From: Octopus bimaculoides
Taxonomy: Eukaryota
Direction of reading: 5' to 3'
Assembly (NCBI RefSeq): GCF_001194135.2
Contig: NC_068989.1
Coordinates: 64,006,759-64,045,168 of the forward strand
DNA: 38,410 bases
Shown here: positions 23,500 through 34,300 of the stretch, piece by piece
How positions within the stretch are numbered: position 1 is the stretch's first letter
How the letters are laid out: every line of letters begins with the position of its first letter
Program-made: the position numbers and the translations under genes
Notes under the pieces: generated by a model
Database searches by the model: none
The model's input: the letters and a program-made list of their open reading frames with translations, nothing else
Told to the model about the DNA's origin: nothing

Positions 23500-24361
23500 C
23501 GTCATTCGAATGAACTTTACTAAAAAAGTTTTTAGTTTAAAAAGATTCTTTTCGCAGACAGTGGACAGTAACTTTCATTAATCTTTCCTTATAAAAACAT
23601 GAAACTATTTCAATTGACTGAAATGTTATGCACAGAATTCGGATGGTGAAAATAAACGTTTTTGGTTCAACAAACTCATTTTCAAATTCTTGAAGTAGAA
23701 GCAAACAGGGATGTAACATTATTCATTATCTCAGTTACCTCGTCTCGTTATTTTCTAATTGTAATTTCATTTTCATTTCCAAGCTAGAAACATTTACAAA
23801 AATTGTTGTTTTAGCACCGAAAAATATTGGTCTCATCAGTGAGGAAATATTAAGACTATTTCCAGGAGATGAAAAGATTGTTAAATCATGATGAATGTTC
23901 ACATCAAGGTGAATCTTCAGAATTTACTACAGGGTACTTGAACACACTGTTTCAGGTTTGCCATCACACATATTAAAATTGAAGACTAATGCTATAATTA
24001 TACTCCATTGTACAATTGACCAAACTAATGGTATGTGTAATGGTAATGGTTTAGTTATTCAAGACGTTGATGCAAAAATAATAAAATCAAAAATTATAAC
24101 TGAAGGCTCACATCAAAGAAAAAACTGTATTCATTCTTTGAGTCACTCTTTATTCAGTCGGGGAAGAGTTACCATTTATAATTAATTAGACAAGAAATTT
24201 CTATTAAATTAAAAATGGCAATGGAAGTTAGTAAATAGCAAGGGATGGTAAGCATTTGAGAAGATTTCTTTACATTTATCAAACTCATTATTCACACATG
24301 AACATGTATATGTTGCTTTATCCAGTGTCCACAAGGTTTCCAGGGTTGAGAATAGATAGAC

Positions 24362-24425
<64 letters not shown>

Positions 24426-24441
24426 GGACAGACAGACAGAC

Positions 24442-24484
<43 letters not shown>

Positions 24485-24570
24485 AGGATGGATAGATAGA
24501 TAGACAGACAGACAGTCAGACAGATGAAACATCAAATATACCACAAAATATATTGTTTACGAGTAATTTG
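23500..24570 (+). mobile_element. Helitron PIF1-type helicase C-terminal relic
   Basis: VVLAPKN...EEILRLFPGDEK; LPSHILKLKTNAIIIL..IDQTNGMCNG; [13 protein letters not shown] (cf. AFAMTINKSQG); [15 protein letters not shown] (cf. FTHGQLYVALSRV); TKYIVYE after a (GATA)n insertion. Confidence 0.85.
24352..24520. repeat. (GATA)n/(GACA)n microsatellite within the Helitron relic
   Basis: Tetranucleotide array. Confidence 0.97.
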
Positions 24571-25621
24571 TTATTTAGACATACTTTTGACGACATATTA
24601 CATTCATATACATTAAAGCCTTTATCTACATAATAACAAGCTTGCCTTCGTTTACATACAAGCTTACAAATTATAAAGAATTTCATTCTAGCCCATTCAT
24701 TTCCACTTTTCTATTTTTGCACATTTTGCTACTTTCGAGTTCATTTGGTTTTACCAAAGATTAACAGAAAATAATAACTTCTTAGGATAGCAAATACCAA
24801 TATAAAGATAAGATACAATCCAAGAAACGTGCTCTTTCAATTCAATATGCTACATTCCATTCATTCGTTATTTACCTTTCCATTTCCAAAATCACTTCTG
24901 TAAGATTCGGAGAAAATTACATGGAAGTAAGAATTTTACAAATTAAAAACCTCCCAACTTTAATACCATCTGAACACAACAATTGCATCTGAAGGGATTA
25001 CATGAAATACATGCAAATTTTGCCATAATTTGTATATTCTTCATACATAGTTCCTTACTACTTCTGTGTTTTTTCTCATTTCAACCAATTGCTCTAATTT
25101 CTATCTCCATCCTTGCACATGAGAACAATACAGAATACAATCATAAGTAACAGAAATTATTATTTCTATACACATCAACAGGGACAGTTCTTGGGGAAGA
25201 CTTACAACCAGCTGCCATCATACAATAAACCTGCTTCATTCTTTTACTTTTCTGCCTCAAAATATACTTGGCCTTTCTTTAGACCTCTGCAAAATTTAGC
25301 TATCAGCAACTTATAAACAGAGTTCAAACTATGTGGTGTTATTTATCAACACCTTATAAGAACATAAGGGACTGCAGCATCAAGTACCAAAACTTTCGTG
25401 TGGCAGCAGGTATTAAATAGCGTCAGATAGCTATACAATTCAAATTTATATCTATCATAAGGGCAGACAAGGCACCTGCCTGCTGGAAAATGGAGTTAAA
25501 AACCGCCAACTTAACCACCAGTAACGCTGAAAATTTCAACAGACAACTGTTGTCGGGCAAACGAACGATAAAATTAACATACCATCACAGCTTGATTCTA
25601 TATAGTTTGTCATCTGGATAT

Positions 25622-25675
25622 ACTTGTATCATGATTTCGAGTTTTGGCGAAATGCCTTAACTTTCTTCAGCAAGT
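25622..25675 (-). ncRNA. Type I hammerhead ribozyme-like motif
   Basis: rc = ACUUG-CUGAAGA-AAGUU AA GGC AUUUC GCC AA AACUC-GAAA-UCAUGA-UA-CAAGU: stem I 5/5 bp, complete catalytic core, stem II, palindromic stem III, AUA cleavage triplet; only deviation is A10.1-C11.1 instead of G-C. Confidence 0.75.
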
Positions 25676-26245
25676 CTTACCGAGGGAACAATTGAACTCG
25701 TCACGTTGGAGCTATATATATATATATATATATANNNNNNNNNNNNNNNNNNNNNNNNNNNNNNNNNNNNNNNNNNNNNNNNNNNNNNNNNNNNNNNNNN
25801 NNNNNNNNNNNNNNNNNNNNNNNNNNNNNNNNNNNNNNNNNNNNNNNNNNNNNNNNNNNNNNNNNNNNNNNNNNNNNNNNNNNNNNNNNNNNNNNNNNNN
25901 NNNNNNNNNNNNNNNNNNNNNNNNNNNNNNNNNNNNNNNNNNNNNNNNNNNNNNNNNNNNNNNNNNNNNNNNNNNNNNNNNNNNNNNNNNNNNNNNNNNN
26001 NNNNNNNNNNNNNNNNNNNNNNNNNNNNNNNNNNNNNNNNNNNNNNNNNNNNNNNNNNNNNNNNNNNNNNNNNNNNNNNNNNNNNNNNNNNNNNNNNNNN
26101 NNNNNNNNNNNNNNNNNNNNNNNNNNNNNNNNNNNNNNNNNNNNNNNNNNNNNNNNNNNNNNNNNNNNNNNNNNNNNNNNNNNNNNNNNNNNNNNNNNNN
26201 NNNNNNNNNNNNNNNNNNNNNNNNNNNNNNNNNNNNNNNNNNNNN

Positions 26246-26288
<43 letters not shown>

Positions 26289-26292
26289 CGTA

Positions 26293-27571
26293 CAAAGGGG
26301 GTTCATTAAAGATTTCCCTTGACCCACTCCCAAGACTGGGATAATGGAAACTTGGCATAATTATTAATCGTTCTCTACATGGCCACCACTAACGATGACA
26401 CACTTCTCCCATCGCTTTATGCAGATGTGAAGACCTTATCTGTAGAAGTCGGTAGATTGCGTCTGGAGCCAAGACTTTACCTCGAAAAATAAGCTGATCA
26501 TCATCCGAAAAGTGCTTCCCCTTCAAAAAAGACTTCATGGGTGGAAAGAAGTGAAAGTCAGAAGGTGCAAGGTCGAGAGAGTAATGGGGATGAGGAAGGA
26601 TTTCATAGCCGCAGGAGCGTGCTTTTTCATCTGGACGACTTACGCATTGTGAAATGAGGCGTTGTCTGGGAGGAGGCGGACTACTTTGGTCGGCATTCCA
26701 CGCCTCCCTGTTACTATGGTGTCCCGCAATTTCTGGATTGAGTCTGTTATATGCCTCGTTAATTGTGGTACATTTTGCCAGAAAATCCATCATCGCTACT
26801 CCGCAAAAGACTGTGAGCATCACCATACCTGCTGGGGGTTGGACATGTGCCTTCTTTGAAGGTGATGAGTTATCATGCTTCCATTGCTTCGACTAAATTT
26901 TAGTCCCAGGATCATAGTGATAGACCCATATCTCATTCTGTGTGATAAGTCTGCCTAAAGGTCCTCCTCGTTTTAGTAGAACATTGCCAAAAGATCCTGG
27001 GAGTAATTGACTAGTTCCTGCCTCTGAAAACGTTTGAGCATCTGGGGAATCCATCGTGCGTACAACTTCCGCATGTGCAAATGATCGTGAATGTCTTATT
27101 TCATGGACCCTACACTTATCTTAACTTCTTAGACTAGTTTCCAAAGAGTTATGCGGCAATTCTCCAAAATGGCGGCTTCCACTTTATGGATGGTGTCGTC
27201 ATCAATGGCGGAATGTAGCCGTCCACGAATAGGAGCAGTTTCCACCGAAGTCCGACCACATTTGAACTGGCGATGCCAGTGCTTGACTATGTCGTGCTAT
27301 GGTGCATCCTCACCATAAACTGTTTCATCTAACCCAAAGTCTCGTTTGGTGTACATTTCAAGTATAAGAACCTGATTACTGATCGGCATTCAACTGTCTC
27401 CATTTTAACACCTTAGTCCACTTCAGCAGCTGTAAAAGACAAGCGAATACTAGTGGGAAGCTGCAATTTACAATATGACATGTAGAGACATGTATAATTA
27501 TACTTGTATAAGTTCCGTTTTCTGCAATAGCCGGAAGTGGGGCAGACGAAATCTTTAATGAACACACCTCG
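26293..27571 (-). mobile_element. Mariner (irritans/Hsmar2-like), near full length (1279 bp), inactive
   Basis: TA-flanked TIRs (caaagggggttcattaaagatttc / rc cgaggtgtgttcattaaagatttc); degraded transposase from METVECRSVIRFLYLK (27403) to ...GHVEND* (26364) including VMLTVF, CGYEILPHPHYSLDLAPSDFHFF; stops and frameshifts. Confidence 0.93.
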
Positions 27572-27595
27572 TACATGTGTGTGCGCGCTCGCGTG

Positions 27596-27627
<32 letters not shown>

Positions 27628-27654
27628 CGTGTGCGTGTGTATAAAAATAAACAA

Positions 27655-27805
27655 TTGCAGCGTGGCAGGTGTTTATAAGCCATTTTAAAACATACAAAAA
27701 CCGTTAGATTCACTTCAACATTTAAATTTGATTTACCAAAATATTTTCGTCGCTTCGAGACCGCGACCTGTTCATTGACAAAATTCCGTGCTGCACGGAA
27801 TTTTG
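27655..27805. repeat. Probable foldback/MITE fragment ending in a perfect 27-bp palindrome
   Basis: caaaattccgtgc-t-gcacggaattttg at 27779-27805. Confidence 0.5.
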
Positions 27806-27854
27806 CTATTTTAATGTTTTAATCTAGTATTATGTGCATGGTGTTTGTTTCTAA

Positions 27855-27990
27855 TTTAGGCACAAAGTGAGACCTTTTGAGGGCAAGTCGATACCATCTG
27901 CACTAATACGTAACTTGGTACGCTATTTTATCGTCCTCGGGTAATGAATAACGCAATCAACCCAGTTGGGAGTGCAACGCTGTACAAGGA
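27855..27990 (-). mobile_element. Decayed SINE fragment (family of 14866)
   Basis: ttaggcacaaag...gtcgatacc...ttggtac.ctattttatcgtcctc resembles the 37725-37810 block. Confidence 0.5.
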
Positions 27991-28388
27991 AAGGTCGAAC
28001 ATTTGAAGAACCCCGCAAAATTAAAATTAAAAACAAAAACACAAACTTGGTTGGATTTTAACTTAGTACATAGCAGAACGTAGCAAATTGCATTAAGCTA
28101 ATTTCTGTATCAAACCATCGATGCTTTCCCCCAGCATACAAGACTTAGTAGACGTAAAAAAATTATTTGATATATATCATTTCTATATCTATTTGAAATG
28201 GAAGGAATGCAAACTAATTTATATGTTTAATGATGCAGATATTAAACAAAAAAATATCGATAAATATATAGATTAGTGATATCTTTATATATACGTATGT
28301 GAGTGTGCGTGCGTGAGTGTGTGTGTATACATAGATAGATGGATAGATATAAATATATGGCTATATAGATATATAACTATAGCCACAC

Positions 28389-28432
<44 letters not shown>

Positions 28433-29679
28433 NNNNNNNNNNNNNNNNNNNNNNNNNNNNNNNNNNNNNNNNNNNNNNNNNNNNNNNNNNNNNNNNNNNN
28501 NNNNNNNNNNNNNNNNNNNNNNNNNNNNNNNNNNNNNNNNNNNNNNNNNNNNNNNNNNNNNNNNNNNNNNNNNNNNNNNNNNNNNNNNNNNNNNNNNNNN
28601 NNNNNNNNNNNNNNNNNNNNNNNNNNNNNNNNNNNNNNNNNNNNNNNNNNNNNNNNNNNNNNNNNNNNNNNNNNNNNNNNNNNNNNNNNNNNNNNNNNNN
28701 NNNNNNNNNNNNNNNNNNNNNNNNNNNNNNNNNNNNNNNNNNNNNNNNNNNNNNNNNNNNNNNNNNNNNNNNNNNNNNNNNNNNNNNNNNNNNNNNNNNN
28801 NNNNNNNNNNNNNNNNNNNNNNNNNNNNNNNNNNNNNNNNNNNNNNNNNNNNNNNNNNNNNNNNNNNNNNNNNNNNNNNNTATATATATATATATATATA
28901 CATATATATTTACATATATATTTACCTACATACGTATATATTCACAAATATATCCATGTGTGTGCGGTTTTCCATTCAAAGATATACATTTTATCAGATT
29001 TCGTGTTTCAAATTCGAAATATTTCATTTAATGACATTGATCTTTAAAGGTAAATTATTTCAATACTAATTAGTCCTGTCTGAAACAAAGTTTATAGAGA
29101 TGCTTAATTAGCAATATAGTAGTTTCTAGTATAAATTAAGTAAGCTAGAAGTGGATTTTAGTAATGACTCGATTCAAAATAAATGTAAGTATAGTTGTTG
29201 TCATATGACTTATAATATTTAAATTATGGTTTTGCTCTATAAGTACGTCAAATAGTGTTATATTGGTATAATATTTATATTTTAATTTTCTTTTAATTTA
29301 ATGGAGATTGCACAAATTAATGAAATGAATAACAATTTTAAAAATAAAAATAAAATTTGAATTTTTATTAAATTTAAATTAAAATAAAATATAATAACAC
29401 AAATTTCTCATTTATATTTGCAATAAATATGTTATGAATAACAATACTACTGTTTAACTATCAATTAATTACAGATCTAGCATATGTGTAACATTGATTA
29501 AATTCCATAAGCAAACAAACATCAATGAAAGTTATTGGTATTGATGCCCGGAGAATGAGAGATAGAGAGAAAGTGAGAGAGAAAGATTGTTGTACAGAGG
29601 AGAAAGATAACGAGTTCATCATAAGGCCTGATTTCTTCCTTCCTTCTACTTCTCCGTATTCTGTTGCTGCTGCTAGTGC

Positions 29680-29836
29680 TTCTTCTTCTTCTTCTTCTTC
29701 TTCTTCTTCTTCTTCTTCTTCTTCTTCTTCTTCTATTTCATCCATTTCTTTTTCTCCTCCTCCTTCTTCTTCTTCTTCTTCTTCTTCTTCTTCTTCTTCT
29801 TCTTCTTCTTCTTCTTCTTCTTCTTCTTCTTCTTCT
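29680..29836. repeat. (TTC)n microsatellite (two blocks)
   Basis: Trinucleotide runs directly abutting an RTE 3' end. Confidence 0.97.
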
Positions 29837-29849
29837 GCTTATTCTTCCT

Positions 29850-30300
29850 AAGCTCTTCGCTCCCTGTGAAGTATAGGCCATTAATGAATTTTCTTCACTA
29901 TACTCTGCTCTGACCTGTCTTTTCTGTCAATTTTTCTCTTGTATCAATCGATGCTTCTGTATCTTTGCTTTTCTCTATATAAATATGTTGTCCATCTTTA
30001 CATCTAGGAAGAATGGTCTAAATTATGCTGACTTCGATCGTTTGACCTGTCTAGAATGAGTGAGGGTCTTACCAGGAATATGTGCTCCGCTGGCACAGAT
30101 CTCCGAATTGCTGAGGCACATAAGAGTCACTGAGGCACATAAGAGTCACTGAGGCGCATAAGTCTAGACCTTGTGTTAGTCTTGCACCATCCGATCAAGC
30201 AATAATCTTTGGCGACTTTCTGTAGAAACATTGCATGCTTTATACTTTGCAGAGGGAATTTTCATGAGAGGATTTAAAAGGTGTTTCCCCGCTCTGCCAT
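29850..30300 (-). mobile_element. RTE-clade LINE 3' fragment with (GAA)n tail
   Basis: rc DTEASIDTREKLTEKTGQSRV**RKFINGLYFTGSEE matches the RTE C-terminus; same terminal motif as 3647; internal 19-bp tandem repeat ctgaggcacataagagtca x2.7 at 30111-30162. Confidence 0.65.
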
Positions 30301-30520
30301 CAGATCTCTTTATAGCAAGACACCGTCTTCTTGACCATAAGTAATTCTGAGAGGGTAAAACATTTTATATAGTCTCTTTTGACATGAAACAACCGTAATT
30401 TCGTATGCAGCAATCGCTACTGAAATCGCCCGAAATTCCGTAAATTCAATATTCCAATTCCGTTGATGTGTGTGTGTGTGTGTGTCTGTGTGTGAGTATG
30501 CATGTATATGTATATGTGCG

Positions 30521-30572
<52 letters not shown>

Positions 30573-30641
30573 NNNNNNNNNNNNNNNNNNNNNNNNNNNN
30601 NNNNNNNNNNNNNNNNNNNNNNNNNNNNNNNNNNNNNNNNN

Positions 30642-30686
<45 letters not shown>

Positions 30687-31749
30687 AATTTATGCACATA
30701 TGTATATGTGCGTGCGTGTGTGTGTGTATACATATATGTACGTTTGATAAGTGCCAACGCACGAAACTCTCGTCCCTTGAATCAGTGCTAAATATTAATA
30801 AAAACACATGTGTATATATATAAAGCAGAGCAAGCGGGAATCTAGACGAAAATTTAACCGACGGGAAATTTAGACAAAGACATGTTACATGGGATATTCA
30901 CAGCTGTGTTTTCCCCGTCAGACAGTGACCCAAAATATTATAGTCGTTTCACGCCATTACCATTGAGACCACTCAATTATGGAGGCGCAAATGTTGTGAT
31001 GTAGCTACTGGGAAAAGCTGGCAAATGTATGCTAAGACAGAAACAAACAAGACTTATATAAATACAGCAGAGAGAATTATGCTTATATAACAGCACGATG
31101 TCTTGCGGTTATATACAACAGAAGAAAAAAAAATAATAATTATACATATACCACAAACACATCAGAATGAGCTTTGCAGTTATCGAACGAACTTAGTAGA
31201 GTTGCGCAAAAATAAAATGGAGTCCTGCGTGACGTAGCAGGAGTCTAGACCAGCATGACTAATCCGGTCAAAGGCAGGGCGAAAAATAACACCGCCTTCA
31301 CCGGACACCAGTCACCTGGTGGGGAAGAGGAAATGTTAAGAGAGGAAAGAATGGGAGACAGAGAGAGAGAACGAAGGAGCAGTGGGACTGGAGAAACATA
31401 GAGAAAGACAGAGAAGAGAAAGTTACAAGGGAGACAAGCAAGAACGGAAAGAGAGGGTAGGGGTGGAGAAAGAAATAAAGAAAGAGGGAAAGAGGGAGGC
31501 ACAGAGAGAGAGAGAGAGAGAGAACGAAAAAGAGGGGAAGACAGAGAGAGAAGATAAAGGTACAATGGAGAGAAGCAAGAGCAGAAAGAGAGAGTAAGAC
31601 TGGAAAAAGCGATAGAGTCAGAATAGAGGGAGTTAAGAGTTGCGCAATAAATATTCAAGGAATATTTTTTTGCAATAAAGTAAATATAAATACACAGTTA
31701 GAAGAAAAAATGGAATTAGAAAATCCTGGCAGATATGTGTGTGTGTGTG

Positions 31750-31777
31750 TGAGAGAGAGAGAAAGAGAGAGAGAGAA

Positions 31778-31855
<78 letters not shown>
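31750..31855. repeat. (GA)n microsatellite
   Basis: Direct reading. Confidence 0.97.
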
Positions 31856-31858
<3 letters not shown>

Positions 31859-32404
31859 TCATACAGTGCCATTAATCAGCGTTTCATGGTAGGTGTAACC
31901 ATTCAGATGACATTCAAAATACCTTCTTTCTTTTTTTAAAGAATAATGCATAATCTTGTGAGTCTGTGTACCAATTCTATAACTACGTTTGTTTGCATCT
32001 TTAGACCAATGAATTTTCTTTTGCTTATATAATTTCTCATATAATTCTCTTCAGTTAGAATTTATTCACGTTCTAGTTTTGGAAAATAACATCCGTGCGT
32101 TGTGTATTTTTGTCGAATATTTCATGTCGTGTTACAGTGATTTTGTGTAGTTCAATGTTTTTTTTTCCTTCCGTTTATTTACAGTGACATTTTTTTGAAT
32201 CTTAATCTCTTGATAACAATGTTTATTAACATACATTTTTCATGTCAATGACGTTTCCTTTCATTTACTTTATTTGCTTTTTTTTTTTCATTTGAAAATG
32301 TTGACATGTGGTGCATGAGCCGATTTTGAAAGTGGTTTCTTATATAACCTTCATTTTTCGCCACTTTCTTCTGATGTTGTCGTAGCTTTGTATAAAACTG
32401 ATTT

Positions 32405-32633
32405 ACCTCTTTTATCTTTCTTACTTGTTTCAGTCATTAAACTGCGGCCATGCTGGGGCACCCCTTTGAAATTTTAGCCAAATGAATCCACCCCAATACT
32501 TATGCTTTTAAGCCTGATATTTATTCTCTCCGTTTGTTTGTCGAACCGCTCAGTTATGAGGATGTACACGCACACACGCACACGCGCACATATATACGTC
32601 AAATGTACTGCTTATTGATTCGCATTGTTTTGA

Positions 32634-32679
<46 letters not shown>

Positions 32680-32839
32680 GGCGGGCTTCTTTCAATTTCT
32701 GTTTGCCAAATCCACGCACAAGATTTTGCTCGACTCGGGGTTATAGCTGAGACACTTACTCAAGGTAACACGCAGAGAAACTGAACCTGGAACCCTGCGG
32801 TTGGAAAGTAAACTTCTTACCACACAGCCACGCCTGCGC
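32405..32839 (-). mobile_element. tRNA-derived SINE, abundant family, full length
   Basis: 3' module tttcagtcattaaactgcggccatgctgg; internal CA/TA repeat; head ...aaactgaacctggaacc...cttaccacacagccacgcctgcgc. Confidence 0.88.
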
Positions 32840-33619
32840 TTAAACATTTGCAATTTGAGTAGAGAGTTTGAATTTGTATTGACATTTCATCAGGACTTAT
32901 AACTGTTGTTCTGGTTAACTCTACGGAGCTAATTCATTATAATACTGCTGTCGTTCTGTGCGGCGCTTTTTATGGGTTGTTAGATTATGAGTAAGAAACT
33001 GACCGTTTCTTTAACCCAACTTTAACCCAACTTCATATTAACGTGTACCTATAATAATTAGCAGTTTTCATAAAGGTGAGTCCATGTCAGCATATGTTAG
33101 ATATTCATCTGTCGTATAACGATTTTTTATAGCGTATTCGAAACGATGCTGGAGTCTGTTTATGTATTATGTATATGACTTATCGATTGACATATACAGT
33201 TGTTAGTACCAGTGCTTAATCAAAAGTTATGCTTTAATGTCATGTGAACTGAGTTTATTTTGATAACAAGTTTGAGAAACCAACTTAGAAAACCATCATC
33301 TCTATAGATTCCTCAAGATATCGTCAAATCGTTAGCGTGTCCTTGACACACAATTTAATCTCCACTTGTGTTTAACTTCATTGTAGTGATCCATGTTGAC
33401 TGTATAAATCATTGCAATTTTTTTACAAATCGACATGTTATGATTGAAGAGTAGAGTCTTTCTAGCATGCATGATTATCTTGCCAATGCTGCTATCTGTA
33501 TTTTTATCTGAATTCTTATACCTGATGAGTAGATATTTGGACAGAATTTTAGTTTGTCAAATTATATAAACATACATATGCATTTATAAATGTTTTAGAT
33601 TTGTGTGTAGGCATGACTG

Positions 33620-34300
33620 TCTTTATATGTATTCAGCATATAACTCACAGTACAAAATCTCAAATCACTCTCTTATTTTATTGTTTTCATACACCTAAAT
33701 ATCCATGCCATTGTACGGAAGCAGACATTTCTATTTTTACAACCAGTTACTGCAGGTAAAGACATTCAGCAGCCCTTTCCATCGAGCAGACTAAAGGTAG
33801 CATTTTTATTAGTATTAGCAACCTCTCTATATCCCCTCTCCATGCCAGAACTACGGTGAAATCCAAAGTCTTGCGGGTCAGTGGGAAATGCATTACGTAT
33901 TCCTTATGGCTGTGATGGCTGACGAAACATCAACAGTTTGATAATCCCAGTCGTCCTCACCGCTTTATTATCAGTTTCCTCACGGTCAAGAATATAACGC
34001 TGAGTATAACGCTAAGTGACCCAATTTCTCCACAACCATATGATCTGCAGACTACTATTTCACTCACTAGAGTTGAATCTCACCAGATCCACTTCCGCAT
34101 CCTTCAGGGTACACCTAAATTAATGTACAACAAATAGGAATAGCAACCAACGAAGGCTCTAATTCTCTTTGCTACTGAAAAGTTTGTAACTTCAGTTGCC
34201 CCGTTGGCTGCAACTTAAGAAGAATGGTCTTTTAATAATACATAACTTCATGAGAGATAAATCGAAAGGTCCTCAAAAGCTCAAAAGGAACATTAATTCC
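33620..34300 (-). mobile_element. Highly decayed CR1/Jockey-group LINE RT relic (tentative)
   Basis: Scattered minus-strand peptides KTILLKLQPTG, NFSVAKRIRAFVGCYSYLLYINLGVP*, SLLDGK, NRNVC loosely resembling LL.KL.SYG / FLS.RSIRV.VDG...INSGVPQG; many stops. Confidence 0.35.

Noticed and set aside
23820-23845. CTGATGA-GACC...GGT motif on the minus strand as a hammerhead
   Set aside because: No GAAA after stem II, and it lies inside Helitron coding relic. Similar CTGANGA hits near 3940, 8150 and 33522 also fail.
31263-31335. HDV-like ribozyme fold (P1-GG-P4 order is suggestive)
   Set aside because: No complementary P2 3' strand or catalytic C downstream on either strand.
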